Shown here piece by piece: positions 45,682-55,621 of a stretch of DNA of 64,000 bases. Each line of letters begins with the position of its first letter. The first letter of the stretch is position 1. Under the pieces are notes generated by a model. It was not told the origin of the DNA. It saw nothing but the letters and a program-made list of their open reading frames with translations, and ran no database searches. The translations under genes were made by a program, and so were the position numbers. The stretch covers positions 104,407 through 168,406 of the forward strand of contig JAEPQK010000007.1 of the NCBI GenBank assembly GCA_017640615.1. The letters run 5' to 3'. This DNA is from Rhizobiaceae bacterium (GTDB lineage: Bacteria > Pseudomonadota > Alphaproteobacteria > Rhizobiales > Rhizobiaceae).

Positions 45682-47772
45682 ATGAGCAATATCGTTACGA
45701 CGCGGCGCGAAGGCGACATCGCGGTCATCACGCTGGACAATCCGCCGGTCAACGCGCTCAGCTTCCGCCTGCGAGAGCCGCTTTATGCGGCGCTTGAAAC
45801 ACTTGGCACCGATGACGGCGTGAAGGCAATCGTGATCGCCTGCGCGGGCCGTACCTTTATTGCCGGCGCGGACATAACCGAATTCGGAACGGAAAATGCG
45901 CTGAAGCGGCCCAACCTGCCGGATTTGTGCGCATTGCTGGAGGACATGTCGAAGCCGGTCGTAGCGGCAATCCACGGCACCGCTTTCGGCGGCGGTCTGG
46001 AGCTCGCGCTCGCCTGCCATTTCCGCGTCGCAGTGCCGTCGGCCAAGCTCGGCTTGCCGGAAGTGAAGCTTGGCCTGCTGCCAGGCTCCGGTGGTACGGC
46101 GCGGCTGCCGCGCATCGTCGGCCCCGAAAAAGCGCTCAAGATGATTGTGTCCGGCAATCCGATTGGCGCTGCGGAAGCTGCCAAGTCCGGGCTGGTCGAC
46201 GCTGTCGCTGAAGGCGATCTCGGCGAAGATGCCGTCGCATTCGCTCAGGCGAAGCTTGCAAAGCATGCGCCTCTCGTGCGCGTCCGCGACCGTGACGAGA
46301 GGCTCGCCGAGACGCGCAAGAACACCGAAGGTTTCGAAGGGCTGATCAAGGAAGTGACCCGCAAGGCGCGTGGCCTGGAAGCGCCGATAATGGCGGCGGC
46401 GGCCGTGCGCAACGCAGTCGAGATGGATTTCGACGCCGCGCTGAAAGCCGAGCGCGATGCCTTCATTCACCTCGTCCAGGGCGACCAGTCGCGCGCGCAA
46501 CGGCACCTCTTCTTCGCCGAACGCGAGGCGGCCAAGGTTGCAGGTGTGGGCAAGGACGTACAGCCCCGCGCGCTCAAGCGCGCCGGCGTCATCGGCGCTG
46601 GAACCATGGGCGGCGGCATCGCAATGTCGCTGGCGAATGGCGGCGTGCCGGTCACCATTCTGGAAATGACCGACGAAGCGCTTGAGCGCGGGCTCGGCAT
46701 GATTGCGAAGAACTATTCGGTCTCCGTCGAACGCGGCTCGATCAGCGCTGAGGAAAAAGAAGCACGGCTTGGCCGCATTACCGGCACCACCGACTATGCC
46801 GATCTCGCCGATTGCGACCTCATCATCGAAGCGGTGTTTGAGGAAATGCCGATCAAGAAGGAGGTTTTCGGCAAGCTGGACGCCGTTGCCAAGCCGGGCG
46901 CGGTGCTCGCCAGCAACACGTCCTATCTCGATGTCAACGAGATCGCTGCTTCCACCAGCCGACCTGAAGATGTGCTCGGCATGCATTTCTTCTCACCGGC
47001 CAATGTGATGCGGCTTCTGGAAATCGTGCGCGGCGACGAGACCGCACCCGACGTTCTGGCAACCGCGTTGGAAGCCGGACGTCGCATGCGCAAAGTGCCG
47101 GTCGTGGTTGGCGTGTGCCACGGCTTCGTCGGCAACCGCATGCTGTCTGCCCGCTCCTCGGAAGGCGAGGCGCTGCTTCTGGAAGGCGCAACGCCGGAAG
47201 AGATCGACAAGGCATTTCTCGATTTCGGCTGGCCGATGGGTCCGTTCCAGATGGGCGACCTCGCCGGCCTCGACATTGGCTGGCGTAACCGCAAGTCGCT
47301 CAGCAAGACGGCCGTCATCGGCGACGCACTTTGCGAGATGGGCCGTTTCGGCCAGAAGACCGGCAAGGGCTTCTACCTCTATGAAGACGGCTCGCGAAAG
47401 CCGAAACCCGACCCTGAAGTCAACACGCTGATCGAAGAAAAAGCGCGAGAGACCGGCATCAACCGTCGTACCATTTCGGCCGAGGAAATCATCGAGCGCT
47501 CGCTCTATCCGATGGTGAATGAGGGCGCGAAAATTCTCGAAGAGAAGATCGCGCAGCGCCCCTCCGACATCGATATCGTCTGGACCAATGGCTACGGTTT
47601 CCCGATCGGAAAAGGCGGGCCGATGTTCTGGGCCGATCTTGTCGGTCTGCCAAAGATCGTGGAGCGGCTCGAGTACTGGTACGGCAAGACCGGCAACGAG
47701 GTCTTCAAGCCGGCAGCTTCGCTCAAGCAGCTGGCAGCCACCGGCGGCAGCTTTTCGGCACGACCCGCATAG
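45682..47772 (+). CDS. pimF: Enoyl-CoA hydratase/3-hydroxyacyl-CoA dehydrogenase
   Basis: FIAGADI, GGGLEL, PEVKLG, GAGTMG, SNTS, HFFSPA; operon order matches pimFABCD. Confidence 0.85.
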   Translation: MSNIVTTRREGDIAVITLDNPPVNALSFRLREPLYAALETLGTDDGVKAIVIACAGRTFIAGADITEFGTENALKRPNLPDLCALLEDMSKPVVAAIHGTAFGGGLELALACHFRVAVPSAKLGLPEVKLGLLPGSGGTARLPRIVGPEKALKMIVSGNPIGAAEAAKSGLVDAVAEGDLGEDAVAFAQAKLAKHAPLVRVRDRDERLAETRKNTEGFEGLIKEVTRKARGLEAPIMAAAAVRNAVEMDFDAALKAERDAFIHLVQGDQSRAQRHLFFAEREAAKVAGVGKDVQPRALKRAGVIGAGTMGGGIAMSLANGGVPVTILEMTDEALERGLGMIAKNYSVSVERGSISAEEKEARLGRITGTTDYADLADCDLIIEAVFEEMPIKKEVFGKLDAVAKPGAVLASNTSYLDVNEIAASTSRPEDVLGMHFFSPANVMRLLEIVRGDETAPDVLATALEAGRRMRKVPVVVGVCHGFVGNRMLSARSSEGEALLLEGATPEEIDKAFLDFGWPMGPFQMGDLAGLDIGWRNRKSLSKTAVIGDALCEMGRFGQKTGKGFYLYEDGSRKPKPDPEVNTLIEEKARETGINRRTISAEEIIERSLYPMVNEGAKILEEKIAQRPSDIDIVWTNGYGFPIGKGGPMFWADLVGLPKIVERLEYWYGKTGNEVFKPAASLKQLAATGGSFSARPA

Positions 47773-47776
47773 GCCG

Positions 47777-49444
47777 ATGGACCTCGCCAACGCCCCATGG
47801 AAAGGCATCTATCCGCCGGGCCTGAGCCCGGACGCGAAGCTCGATGCCTACCCGGTGCACGACATCGTGGATCGGGCTGCGGCGGAGTGGAGCGACAAGA
47901 CGGCGTTTCGGTTTCGCGGCCGCACGACCAGCTTCGTGGCGCTGAAGGGCCTTGTCGATCGCTGCGCGCAGGCCTTCATGGCGGCGGGGCTGAAGAAAGG
48001 CGATCGCGTCGCGCTGTTTCTGCCCAACACGCTCTACCATCCAATCGCTTTTTTCGGCGCGGTAAAGGCAGGGCTTGTCGTGGTGCATCTGTCGCCGCTC
48101 GATGGCGAGATCGTGCTGAAGCACAAGATCGCGGACAGCGGCGCGCGGGTTCTCATCACGACGAATTTCGAGAAGATGGCCGAGCGCGCAGCGAGCCTGC
48201 TTGCCGGTGGTCTGGTGGAAAGCGTGATCATCGGCGATGACGCCGCGCTCGGCGCTTCAGACGGAGCGGGGCCGAAGCCGGAAGGCACGGGCATCGTTGA
48301 CTTCAAGGCATTTCTCGATCAGGCCGGCGATGCGCCGTTTCCCACCGTGACGCCGGACGATCTGGCGCTTCTGCAATATACCGGCGGCACGACCGGCCTG
48401 CCGAAAGGCGCGATGCTGACTCACCGCAATCTCTCGTCCTCCGTGTCGAGTTACGATCTGTGGTCCGACGCCTTCGACCTGATGCGGCCAGGCGAAGACC
48501 GGATTGTCCTCTTCCTGCCGCTGTTTCACATCTACTCGCTGTCGGCGGTGATGCTGCGCACCGTGAAGAATGGAATCGAGACGATCCTGCACACACGTTT
48601 CGACGCCGAAACCGCGCTGCGTGAAATCGAAGCCGGCGCAACTGGCTTTCCCGGTGTGCCGACCATGTGGATCGCAATGGCTGCGGTACCTGACTTCGAA
48701 AAGAGGAACTTTTCCAGCCTGCGCTACTGCGCCTCGGGCGGCGCGCCGCTGCCTGTGGAGGTTGCGCGCAAGATAAAGTCCGGCACCGGCCACAGCCTGC
48801 TGGGCGGCTGGGGCATGACAGAGACCTCGCCGGCGGGGACCAACATTCCGGCGACCCGGCCGGACATGGTGGGCAGCATCGGCGTGCCGCTTCCCGGCAT
48901 CTGGATGGACATCGTTGCATTGGACGATCCCGACCGCGTGCTGCCGCCCGGCGAGACCGGCGAGTTGCGCATTGTCGGGCCGAACGTCGCGACGGGCTAC
49001 TACAATCGGCCTGAGGAAACGGCCGCTGCTTTCACGCCCAATGGCTTTCTCACCGGCGATATCGGCTTCATGGACGATGAGGGCTTCTTCACCATCGTCG
49101 ACCGCAAGAAGGACATGATCCTGAGCGGCGGGTTCAACATCTACCCGCAGCTTATCGAACAGGCGATCTACGAACATCCCGACGTCGAGGAAGCGCTCGT
49201 CATCGGCGTCGCCGACGAATATCGCGGCGAGGCGGCAAAGGCCTTCGTCAAGCTGCGCGCGGGCGCCGAGCCTCTGGCTCTGGATGCGCTGCGCGCTTTT
49301 CTCAAAGGCCGGTTGGGACCGCATGAGCTGCCCGCCGCGCTCGAAATCCGCGATGCGCTGCCGCGCACGCCTGTCGGCAAGCTTTCGAAACTCGAACTGA
49401 AACAGGAAGAGGCCGAGCGGCGCAAAACCGCTCTGGCTTCATAA
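47777..49444 (+). CDS. pimA: Dicarboxylate--CoA ligase
   Basis: QYTGGTTGLPKG, GWGMTETSP, TGDIG, PRTPVGK. Confidence 0.85.
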   Translation: MDLANAPWKGIYPPGLSPDAKLDAYPVHDIVDRAAAEWSDKTAFRFRGRTTSFVALKGLVDRCAQAFMAAGLKKGDRVALFLPNTLYHPIAFFGAVKAGLVVVHLSPLDGEIVLKHKIADSGARVLITTNFEKMAERAASLLAGGLVESVIIGDDAALGASDGAGPKPEGTGIVDFKAFLDQAGDAPFPTVTPDDLALLQYTGGTTGLPKGAMLTHRNLSSSVSSYDLWSDAFDLMRPGEDRIVLFLPLFHIYSLSAVMLRTVKNGIETILHTRFDAETALREIEAGATGFPGVPTMWIAMAAVPDFEKRNFSSLRYCASGGAPLPVEVARKIKSGTGHSLLGGWGMTETSPAGTNIPATRPDMVGSIGVPLPGIWMDIVALDDPDRVLPPGETGELRIVGPNVATGYYNRPEETAAAFTPNGFLTGDIGFMDDEGFFTIVDRKKDMILSGGFNIYPQLIEQAIYEHPDVEEALVIGVADEYRGEAAKAFVKLRAGAEPLALDALRAFLKGRLGPHELPAALEIRDALPRTPVGKLSKLELKQEEAERRKTALAS

Positions 49445-49459
49445 CCCGAGGAGAACACC

Positions 49460-50641
49460 ATGACCGAGGCGGTAATCGTTTCCACTGCCCGCACGCCCGT
49501 CGGCAAGGCCTATCGCGGCGCGCTCAACGACACGCCGGGCGCCACACTGGGCGGCCACGCCATTGCCGCGGCGCTACAACGCTCCGGCCTTGAGGGCGGC
49601 GAGATCGAAGACGTGATCATGGGCTGCGCGATGCAGGAGGGGACGACCGGGCTCAATGTCGCGCGCCGTGCTCTCGTTGCCGGCGGGCTTCCGGTATCCG
49701 TTGCCGGCACGACGATTGACCGGCAGTGTTCTTCGGGCCTGCAGTCTATGGCGCTTCTTGCCAATGCGATCCGCAATGACGGAGTTGTGGCTGGTATCGC
49801 CGGCGGGCTGGAGTCGATCAGCCTCGTGCAGAACGACAAGCGCAACACCTTTCGGCTGGTCGATGAAAAGCTGATGGACATCAAGCCGGAAATCTATCTG
49901 CCGATGATCGACACCGCGGAGGTAGTCGCCAAGCGCTACGGCATTAGCCGCGAACGGCAAGACGAATACGGCCTTGAATGTCAGCGCCGTGTGGCCGCTG
50001 CCCGCGAGGCCGGGCGCTTCGAAGCGGAGATCGCGCCGATCGATGTGCGCATGGCCGTCATCGACAAGGAAACGAAAGAGGTCAGCCACAAGGAGCTCAC
50101 ACTGTCGCATGACGAGGGACCGCGTCCCGAAACGACCGCCGAGGGCCTTGCCGGTCTCAAGCCGGTGCGCGAGGGCGGATGCATTACCGCCGGCAATGCG
50201 AGCCAGCTCTCCGATGGCGCGTCGGCCAATGTCATGATGAATGCCAAGGAAGCCGAAAAGCGCGGGCTGGAGCCACTCGGCATCTTCCGCGGCTTCGCTG
50301 TCGCCGGCTGCGAGCCGGACGAGATGGGCATCGGGCCGGTGTTCGCCGTTCCACGGCTTCTCGAGCGGAACGGGCTCAAGGTCGACGATATCGGCCTTTG
50401 GGAGCTCAACGAGGCATTCGCCGTGCAGGTGATTTATTGCCGCGACAAGCTCGGCATCGACCCCGAAAAGCTCAATGTGAATGGCGGCGCGATCGCTCTC
50501 GGCCATCCTTACGGCATGAGCGGTTCGCGACTGGCCGGCCATGCGCTCATCGAGGGCAAACGCCGGGGCGTGAAATATGCCGTGGTGACCATGTGTGTTG
50601 GCGGCGGCATGGGTGCTGCCGGCCTGTTCGAGATTAACTGA
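49460..50641 (+). CDS. pimB: Acetyl-CoA C-acyltransferase (thiolase)
   Basis: RQCSSG, NEAFA, GHPYG, MCVGGG. Confidence 0.88.
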   Translation: MTEAVIVSTARTPVGKAYRGALNDTPGATLGGHAIAAALQRSGLEGGEIEDVIMGCAMQEGTTGLNVARRALVAGGLPVSVAGTTIDRQCSSGLQSMALLANAIRNDGVVAGIAGGLESISLVQNDKRNTFRLVDEKLMDIKPEIYLPMIDTAEVVAKRYGISRERQDEYGLECQRRVAAAREAGRFEAEIAPIDVRMAVIDKETKEVSHKELTLSHDEGPRPETTAEGLAGLKPVREGGCITAGNASQLSDGASANVMMNAKEAEKRGLEPLGIFRGFAVAGCEPDEMGIGPVFAVPRLLERNGLKVDDIGLWELNEAFAVQVIYCRDKLGIDPEKLNVNGGAIALGHPYGMSGSRLAGHALIEGKRRGVKYAVVTMCVGGGMGAAGLFEIN

Positions 50642-50651
50642 GGAGGCTCCG

Positions 50652-51851
50652 ATGGAACTGCGCTTCACGCCTGAGGAACTGGCATTCCGCGACGAGGTCC
50701 GGGCCTTCTTCGCCGAAAACGTGCCGGAAGAAACCCGCGCCAAGATGAGCGAAGGCGAGCATCTTGAAAAAGACGACATGGTGGAATGGACGCGCATCCT
50801 CAACAAAAAGGGATGGGCGGTTCCGCACTGGCCGGAGGAATATGGCGGCACCGGCTGGGACCCGATGCGGCAGTACATCTTCCTGGAAGAGCTGCAGCGC
50901 TATCCGGCGCCCTCGCCGCTGCCTTTCGGCGTGAACATGGTCGGGCCGGTCATCTACACCTTCGGCAATGAAGAGCAAAAGAAGCACTTCCTGCCGCGCA
51001 TCGCCAATCTGGACGACTGGTGGTGCCAGGGTTTTTCGGAGCCGGGCGCGGGGTCCGATCTGGCCTCTCTGAAGACACGGGCCGTGCGCGATGGCGACCA
51101 CTACATCGTCAACGGCCAGAAGACCTGGACGACGCTCGCCCAATATGCCGACTGGATATTCTGCCTCGTGCGCACCGACACGGAGGCGAAAAAGCAGGAG
51201 GGCATCTCCTTCCTGCTGATCGACATGAACACGCCCGGCATCGAGGTGCGCCCGATCGTTACCATCGATGGCGGACGCGAAGTCAATGAGGTGTTTCTCA
51301 CCGACGTGAAGGTGCCGGCCGAAAATCTCGTCGGCCAGGAGAACAAGGGCTGGGACTACGCGAAGTTCCTGCTTGGCAACGAGCGTACCAACATCGCCCG
51401 CGTCGGCATGTCGAAACAGCGAATCGCGCGGGTACGCGAACTCGCCGCCAAGGAAATGTCAGGCGGGCGGCCTCTCATCGAGGACCAGCGGTTCCGTGAA
51501 AAGCTGTCATCGATCGAGATCGACCTCAAAGCGCTGGAGCTCACGCAGCTGCGCGTCGTGGCGGCAGATGCAAAGCGCGGCAACACCGGCCGGCCCGATC
51601 CGGCATCCTCGATCCTGAAGATCAAGGGTTCGGAGATCCAGCAGGGCATCACGCATCTTCTGATGCAGGTCATGGGGCCACACGCCCTGCCCTATCACGA
51701 GGACATCGAGGGTTCGAACGAACCGCCGATCGAGCCGGACTATGCGGGCAGCGCCGCACCCGGCTACTTCAATTATCGCAAGGTCTCCATCTATGGCGGA
51801 TCGAACGAGATTCAGAAGAACATTATCGCCAAGGCGGTGCTGGGGCTTTGA
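50652..51851 (+). CDS. pimC: Acyl-CoA dehydrogenase, large subunit
   Basis: WCQGFSEPGAGSDL, NGQKTWT, SIYGGSNEIQ; SD AGGAGG. Confidence 0.88.
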   Translation: MELRFTPEELAFRDEVRAFFAENVPEETRAKMSEGEHLEKDDMVEWTRILNKKGWAVPHWPEEYGGTGWDPMRQYIFLEELQRYPAPSPLPFGVNMVGPVIYTFGNEEQKKHFLPRIANLDDWWCQGFSEPGAGSDLASLKTRAVRDGDHYIVNGQKTWTTLAQYADWIFCLVRTDTEAKKQEGISFLLIDMNTPGIEVRPIVTIDGGREVNEVFLTDVKVPAENLVGQENKGWDYAKFLLGNERTNIARVGMSKQRIARVRELAAKEMSGGRPLIEDQRFREKLSSIEIDLKALELTQLRVVAADAKRGNTGRPDPASSILKIKGSEIQQGITHLLMQVMGPHALPYHEDIEGSNEPPIEPDYAGSAAPGYFNYRKVSIYGGSNEIQKNIIAKAVLGL

Positions 51852-51883
51852 GCTCCGGCCGATAGGGATTTTCGGAACACATC

Positions 51884-53029
51884 ATGGATTTTGACCTCAC
51901 CGAAGAACAGTCGATCCTCAAGGATTCGCTCGACCGGCTGCTGGCCGACAAATACGATTTTGAAAAGCGCAACAAGATCATGGCGCAGCCTGACGGCTGG
52001 AGCGGCGAAATGTGGAACGCCTATGCCGAGATGGGGCTGATGGCGCTGCCCTTCGCGGAGGAAGATGGTGGGCTTGGCGGCTCGCCGGTGGAGACCATGA
52101 TCGTCATGGAAGCACTTGGCAGGGCTCTCGTTCTTGAGCCCTACCTTGCCACCGTGGTGCTTGGCGGCGGCGTGCTGCGGCACGGCGCGTCGGCGCAACA
52201 GCGAGCGGAATACGTGCCGCAAGTTGCTTCCGGCGAGCTCAAACTCGCGCTTGGCCATACAGAGCGCAATTCGCGCTACGACCTCAACCATGTCGAGACG
52301 ACGGCAAAAAAAGACGGCGAGGGCTGGGTGCTTTCGGGCCAGAAAAGCGTGGTGCTCGGAGGCGACGCAGCCGACTACATCTTTGTGACGGCACGCACGG
52401 GCGGCGACGTGCGCGACCCGAATGGTATCGGCATTTTCATGATCGACGCTAAGGCCGAGGGTCTTTCACGGCGCAGCTATGCCAATCAGGACGGCACCCG
52501 CGCCGCCGAGATTTCGCTCGACGGCGTGAAGGTGCCGGCTGGCGGGGTGATCGGTGATCCGGCAGTTGGTCTGCCGGTCATTCGCCGGGTCGCGGATGAG
52601 GCTATTGCCGCACTTTGTTCGGAAGCGATTGGCGTGATGGAGCAGCTGCACGCGCTGACGCTTGAATATCTGAAAGTGCGCAAGCAGTTTGGCGTGCCGA
52701 TTGGCGCGTTTCAGGTGCTGCAGCACAAGGCGGTGGATATTTTCGTGGCGCTGGAACAGGCGCGATCGATCACGCTCTATGCCACGATGATGGCCGACAG
52801 CGACGACGAAGCCGAGCGAGGCCGGGCAATGAACGCTGCCAAGGCCGAGACCGGCCGCGCAGGAAAACTGGCCGGCGAAAACGCCATCCAGTTGCATGGC
52901 GGCGTGGGCATGACGATGGAATATGCCGTCGGGCATTACTTCAAGCGCATGACGGCAATCGACCTCACCTTCGGCGATCACGACCACCATCTACAGCGGC
53001 TCGCCGAGCGGGGCGGGTTGTTCGGTTAG
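51884..53029 (+). CDS. pimD: Acyl-CoA dehydrogenase, small subunit
   Basis: RKQFGVPIGAFQ, IQLHGGVGMT. Confidence 0.88.
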   Translation: MDFDLTEEQSILKDSLDRLLADKYDFEKRNKIMAQPDGWSGEMWNAYAEMGLMALPFAEEDGGLGGSPVETMIVMEALGRALVLEPYLATVVLGGGVLRHGASAQQRAEYVPQVASGELKLALGHTERNSRYDLNHVETTAKKDGEGWVLSGQKSVVLGGDAADYIFVTARTGGDVRDPNGIGIFMIDAKAEGLSRRSYANQDGTRAAEISLDGVKVPAGGVIGDPAVGLPVIRRVADEAIAALCSEAIGVMEQLHALTLEYLKVRKQFGVPIGAFQVLQHKAVDIFVALEQARSITLYATMMADSDDEAERGRAMNAAKAETGRAGKLAGENAIQLHGGVGMTMEYAVGHYFKRMTAIDLTFGDHDHHLQRLAERGGLFG

Positions 53030-53042
53030 GCCAGAGGCCTGA

Positions 53043-53399
53043 TCAGGCAGGTACTGCCTGCCGGCTCTCGGGTTGTGCAATTGCCGGGGCGCAATAGATG
53101 TCGTGCAGCAGCGCCAAAATCCGCGAGACGTTTTCCGACGCCACGCGGTAATAGATCGCTCGCCCCTCGCGGCGGGTCGCAACCAATTTGAGCGCCCTCA
53201 GCTTGGCCAGTTGCTGCGACAGCGCCGACTGGTTCATGCCGACAGCATCGGCCAGCGGCAGCACCGCCATCTCGCCATTAAGCAAGTTGCACAGGATCAT
53301 CAGCCTGTTCTTGTTGGCGATAGCAGCCAGCAGTTCCGCAGCCTCTTCAGCCGATTTGGCCAGTTCCTCAAGATCGGGCACGTTCTGTTCCTCTTGCAT
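53043..53399 (-). CDS. ArsR/SmtB-family persulfide-sensing repressor (BigR/SqrR-like)
   Basis: RLMILC and DIYC (two-Cys pattern), SALSQQLAKLR; divergent from sulfur genes; start could be a downstream GTG. Confidence 0.85.
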   Translation of the reverse strand: MQEEQNVPDLEELAKSAEEAAELLAAIANKNRLMILCNLLNGEMAVLPLADAVGMNQSALSQQLAKLRALKLVATRREGRAIYYRVASENVSRILALLHDIYCAPAIAQPESRQAVPA

Positions 53400-53407
53400 A
53401 CATGCAT

Positions 53408-53419
53408 ATATGATCATAT
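53408..53419. promoter_or_regulatory. Palindrome ATATGATCATAT in the AT-rich divergent region; candidate ArsR operator
   Basis: Perfect 12-bp palindrome. Confidence 0.45.
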
Positions 53420-53450
53420 TTGAACAGAACTGCAACCGAATGGGCTTACC

Positions 53451-53882
53451 ATGGACGCAAGTACAGAATTCACGCCCTGGCTGTCGCTGTTTGGCGGTGC
53501 GCTGATCGGACTTTCAGCGGTGTTGCTGATGGGTCTTCACGGGCGCATAGCGGGCCTCACCGGCATCGTGCGCGGTGTGCTGCCACCTGTCAGTGAAGGC
53601 TGGCAATGGCGGTTGGCATTTCTCGCAGGCGCCGCCTTGTCGCCGCTGCTGCTCCTGGCTGCCGGCAGCGAGATACCTTTCGCGGTGCCAATCTCCATGC
53701 CCGCACTGATCATCGGCGGATTTATCGTCGGCATCGGCGTTACATACGGCAATGGCTGCCCGAGCGGGCACGGCGTTTGTGGCATTTCGCGGCTTTCAGC
53801 GCGTTCGATCGTCGCCGTAGTCACTTTCATGATCACCGCGGCGATCACCGTCTATGTAAGCCGTCATGTGTTTGGAGCCTGA
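53451..53882 (+). CDS. YeeE/YedE-family sulfur transport membrane protein (PmpA-like)
   Basis: GRIAGLTG, GNGCPSGHGVCG. Confidence 0.9.
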   Translation: MDASTEFTPWLSLFGGALIGLSAVLLMGLHGRIAGLTGIVRGVLPPVSEGWQWRLAFLAGAALSPLLLLAAGSEIPFAVPISMPALIIGGFIVGIGVTYGNGCPSGHGVCGISRLSARSIVAVVTFMITAAITVYVSRHVFGA

Positions 53883-53885
53883 GCG

Positions 53886-54329
53886 ATGAAAAAGCTTCTC
53901 TCGGCATTCGCAATTGGCGGCGTTTTCGGCGTCGGCATCGCTATTTCGGGCATGATCAACCCCGCCAAGGTGCTCAATTTCTTTGACTTTGCAGGCACAT
54001 GGGATCCCTCTCTGGCATTCGTCATGGGCGGTGCCGTAGTCGTTGCCTTCGTGGGCTTTCGTCTCATTTTCGGCAGCCGCGCACGCCCCATTTTCGAGAA
54101 CAGCTTCGCGTTGCCAACGCGCAAGGACATCGACGGCACGCTGGTCGGCGGCTCTGCGGTTTTCGGCATTGGCTGGGGTATCGCGGGCTTCTGCCCAGGC
54201 GGCGCTGTGCCGGCGCTCGGTCTTCTCCATTGGGAGACACCGATTTTCCTCGCTGCTATGATTGCCGGGATGATCGTGGCCCGGCTGGTGCAGGCCCGAG
54301 CGACGACTGCAAACGCACCCGTTGGCTGA
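53886..54329 (+). CDS. YeeE/YedE-family membrane protein (PmpB/DUF6691-like)
   Basis: SGMINPAKVLNFFD..WDPSL, FGIGWGIAGFCPG. Confidence 0.9.
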   Translation: MKKLLSAFAIGGVFGVGIAISGMINPAKVLNFFDFAGTWDPSLAFVMGGAVVVAFVGFRLIFGSRARPIFENSFALPTRKDIDGTLVGGSAVFGIGWGIAGFCPGGAVPALGLLHWETPIFLAAMIAGMIVARLVQARATTANAPVG

Positions 54330-54354
54330 GATCGCATTCTTGAGGAGCATCAGG

Positions 54355-55245
54355 ATGACCATCCCCTTCGAGCCCGATACGAGTGTAAAACCGGGAGTGA
54401 TCGCCTTCTTCGATGCCGCGACCAATACGGTTTCCTACATCGTCAAGGACCCGGCGTCGGATGCCTGCGCCGTCATCGATTCGGTTATGGATATCGACTA
54501 CGCCGCCGGCCGGATCACCTATGACGGCGCCGACAGGATCATCGAGCACATCCGCTCAAATGGCTGGAAAGCAGAGTGGATCATCGAGACGCATGTGCAT
54601 GCCGACCATTTGTCGGCGGCGCCCTACATCCAGCAGATGATCGGCGGCAAACTAGGCATCGGCGAGAACATCACCATCGTGCAAGACACGTTTGGCAAGA
54701 TTTTCAACGAAGGCACGGAATTCCAGCGCGACGGTTCACAATTCGACCGGCTGTTCAAGGATGGCGACAGCTATCAGATCGGCTCGCTAACCGCCTACGC
54801 CATGCACACACCTGGGCATACGCCTGCCTGCATGACACATGTGATCGGTGATGCAGCCTTTGTCGGCGATACGCTTTTCATGCCCGATGGCGGCTCCGCG
54901 CGCGCCGATTTCCCCGGGGGCGACGCGCGCGAGCTTTACCGTTCGATCATGCGGGTTCTGGAACTGCCGGACGAAATGCGCCTCTTCATCTGCCATGACT
55001 ACGGCCCCAACGGCCGCGACATCAAATGGGAAACGACTGTAGCCGAAGAGCGCGAACACAACATCCATGTGCATAGCGGCGTGAGCGAAGACGAGTTCGT
55101 GGCGGTGCGTGAGGCGCGCGATGCGACGCTCGCCATGCCGAAGCTGATCATTCCATCATTGCAAGTAAACATGCGCGCAGGGCAATTGCCGCCGAAGGAC
55201 CGGGATGGCAGAACCTTCCTGAAGGTGCCGGTCAACCAACTCTGA
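54355..55245 (+). CDS. Persulfide dioxygenase (ETHE1/Blh-like, MBL fold)
   Basis: ETHVHADH, TPGHTPAC, GDTLFMPD, CHDY, PSLQVN. Confidence 0.9.
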   Translation: MTIPFEPDTSVKPGVIAFFDAATNTVSYIVKDPASDACAVIDSVMDIDYAAGRITYDGADRIIEHIRSNGWKAEWIIETHVHADHLSAAPYIQQMIGGKLGIGENITIVQDTFGKIFNEGTEFQRDGSQFDRLFKDGDSYQIGSLTAYAMHTPGHTPACMTHVIGDAAFVGDTLFMPDGGSARADFPGGDARELYRSIMRVLELPDEMRLFICHDYGPNGRDIKWETTVAEEREHNIHVHSGVSEDEFVAVREARDATLAMPKLIIPSLQVNMRAGQLPPKDRDGRTFLKVPVNQL

Positions 55246-55272
55246 CGGCCGATCGAGGAACAAGAGGACATA

Positions 55273-55605
55273 ATGGAAATCAAACAAGTCGCAGACGGCT
55301 TCGCCGTTTCGCCGCAAATCAGCGCTTCCGACGTCGCGGCCATCAAGGATGCCGGCTTTCGCAGCATTATCTGCAATCGGCCCGACAATGAAGACGGGGC
55401 GGTTCCGCATGGCCAGGTCGAAGCAGCTGCAATCGACGCCGGGTTGAACTTCCGCTACCTGCCGGCAATCAGCGGTCAGCTCACGCAGGCTAATGTAGAC
55501 GAGATGGCGACCGCGCTCGGCGAACTCGAAGGCCCGGTACTGGCCTATTGCCGCTCGGGCGCGCGCAGCACCAACCTCTACATGATGGCCAGCCAGAAGG
55601 GCTGA
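55273..55605 (+). CDS. DUF442/TIGR01244 sulfurtransferase
   Basis: ICNRPDNE, YCRSGARS. Confidence 0.9.
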   Translation: MEIKQVADGFAVSPQISASDVAAIKDAGFRSIICNRPDNEDGAVPHGQVEAAAIDAGLNFRYLPAISGQLTQANVDEMATALGELEGPVLAYCRSGARSTNLYMMASQKG

Positions 55606-55621
55606 CACGCAGCGCGTCGGC

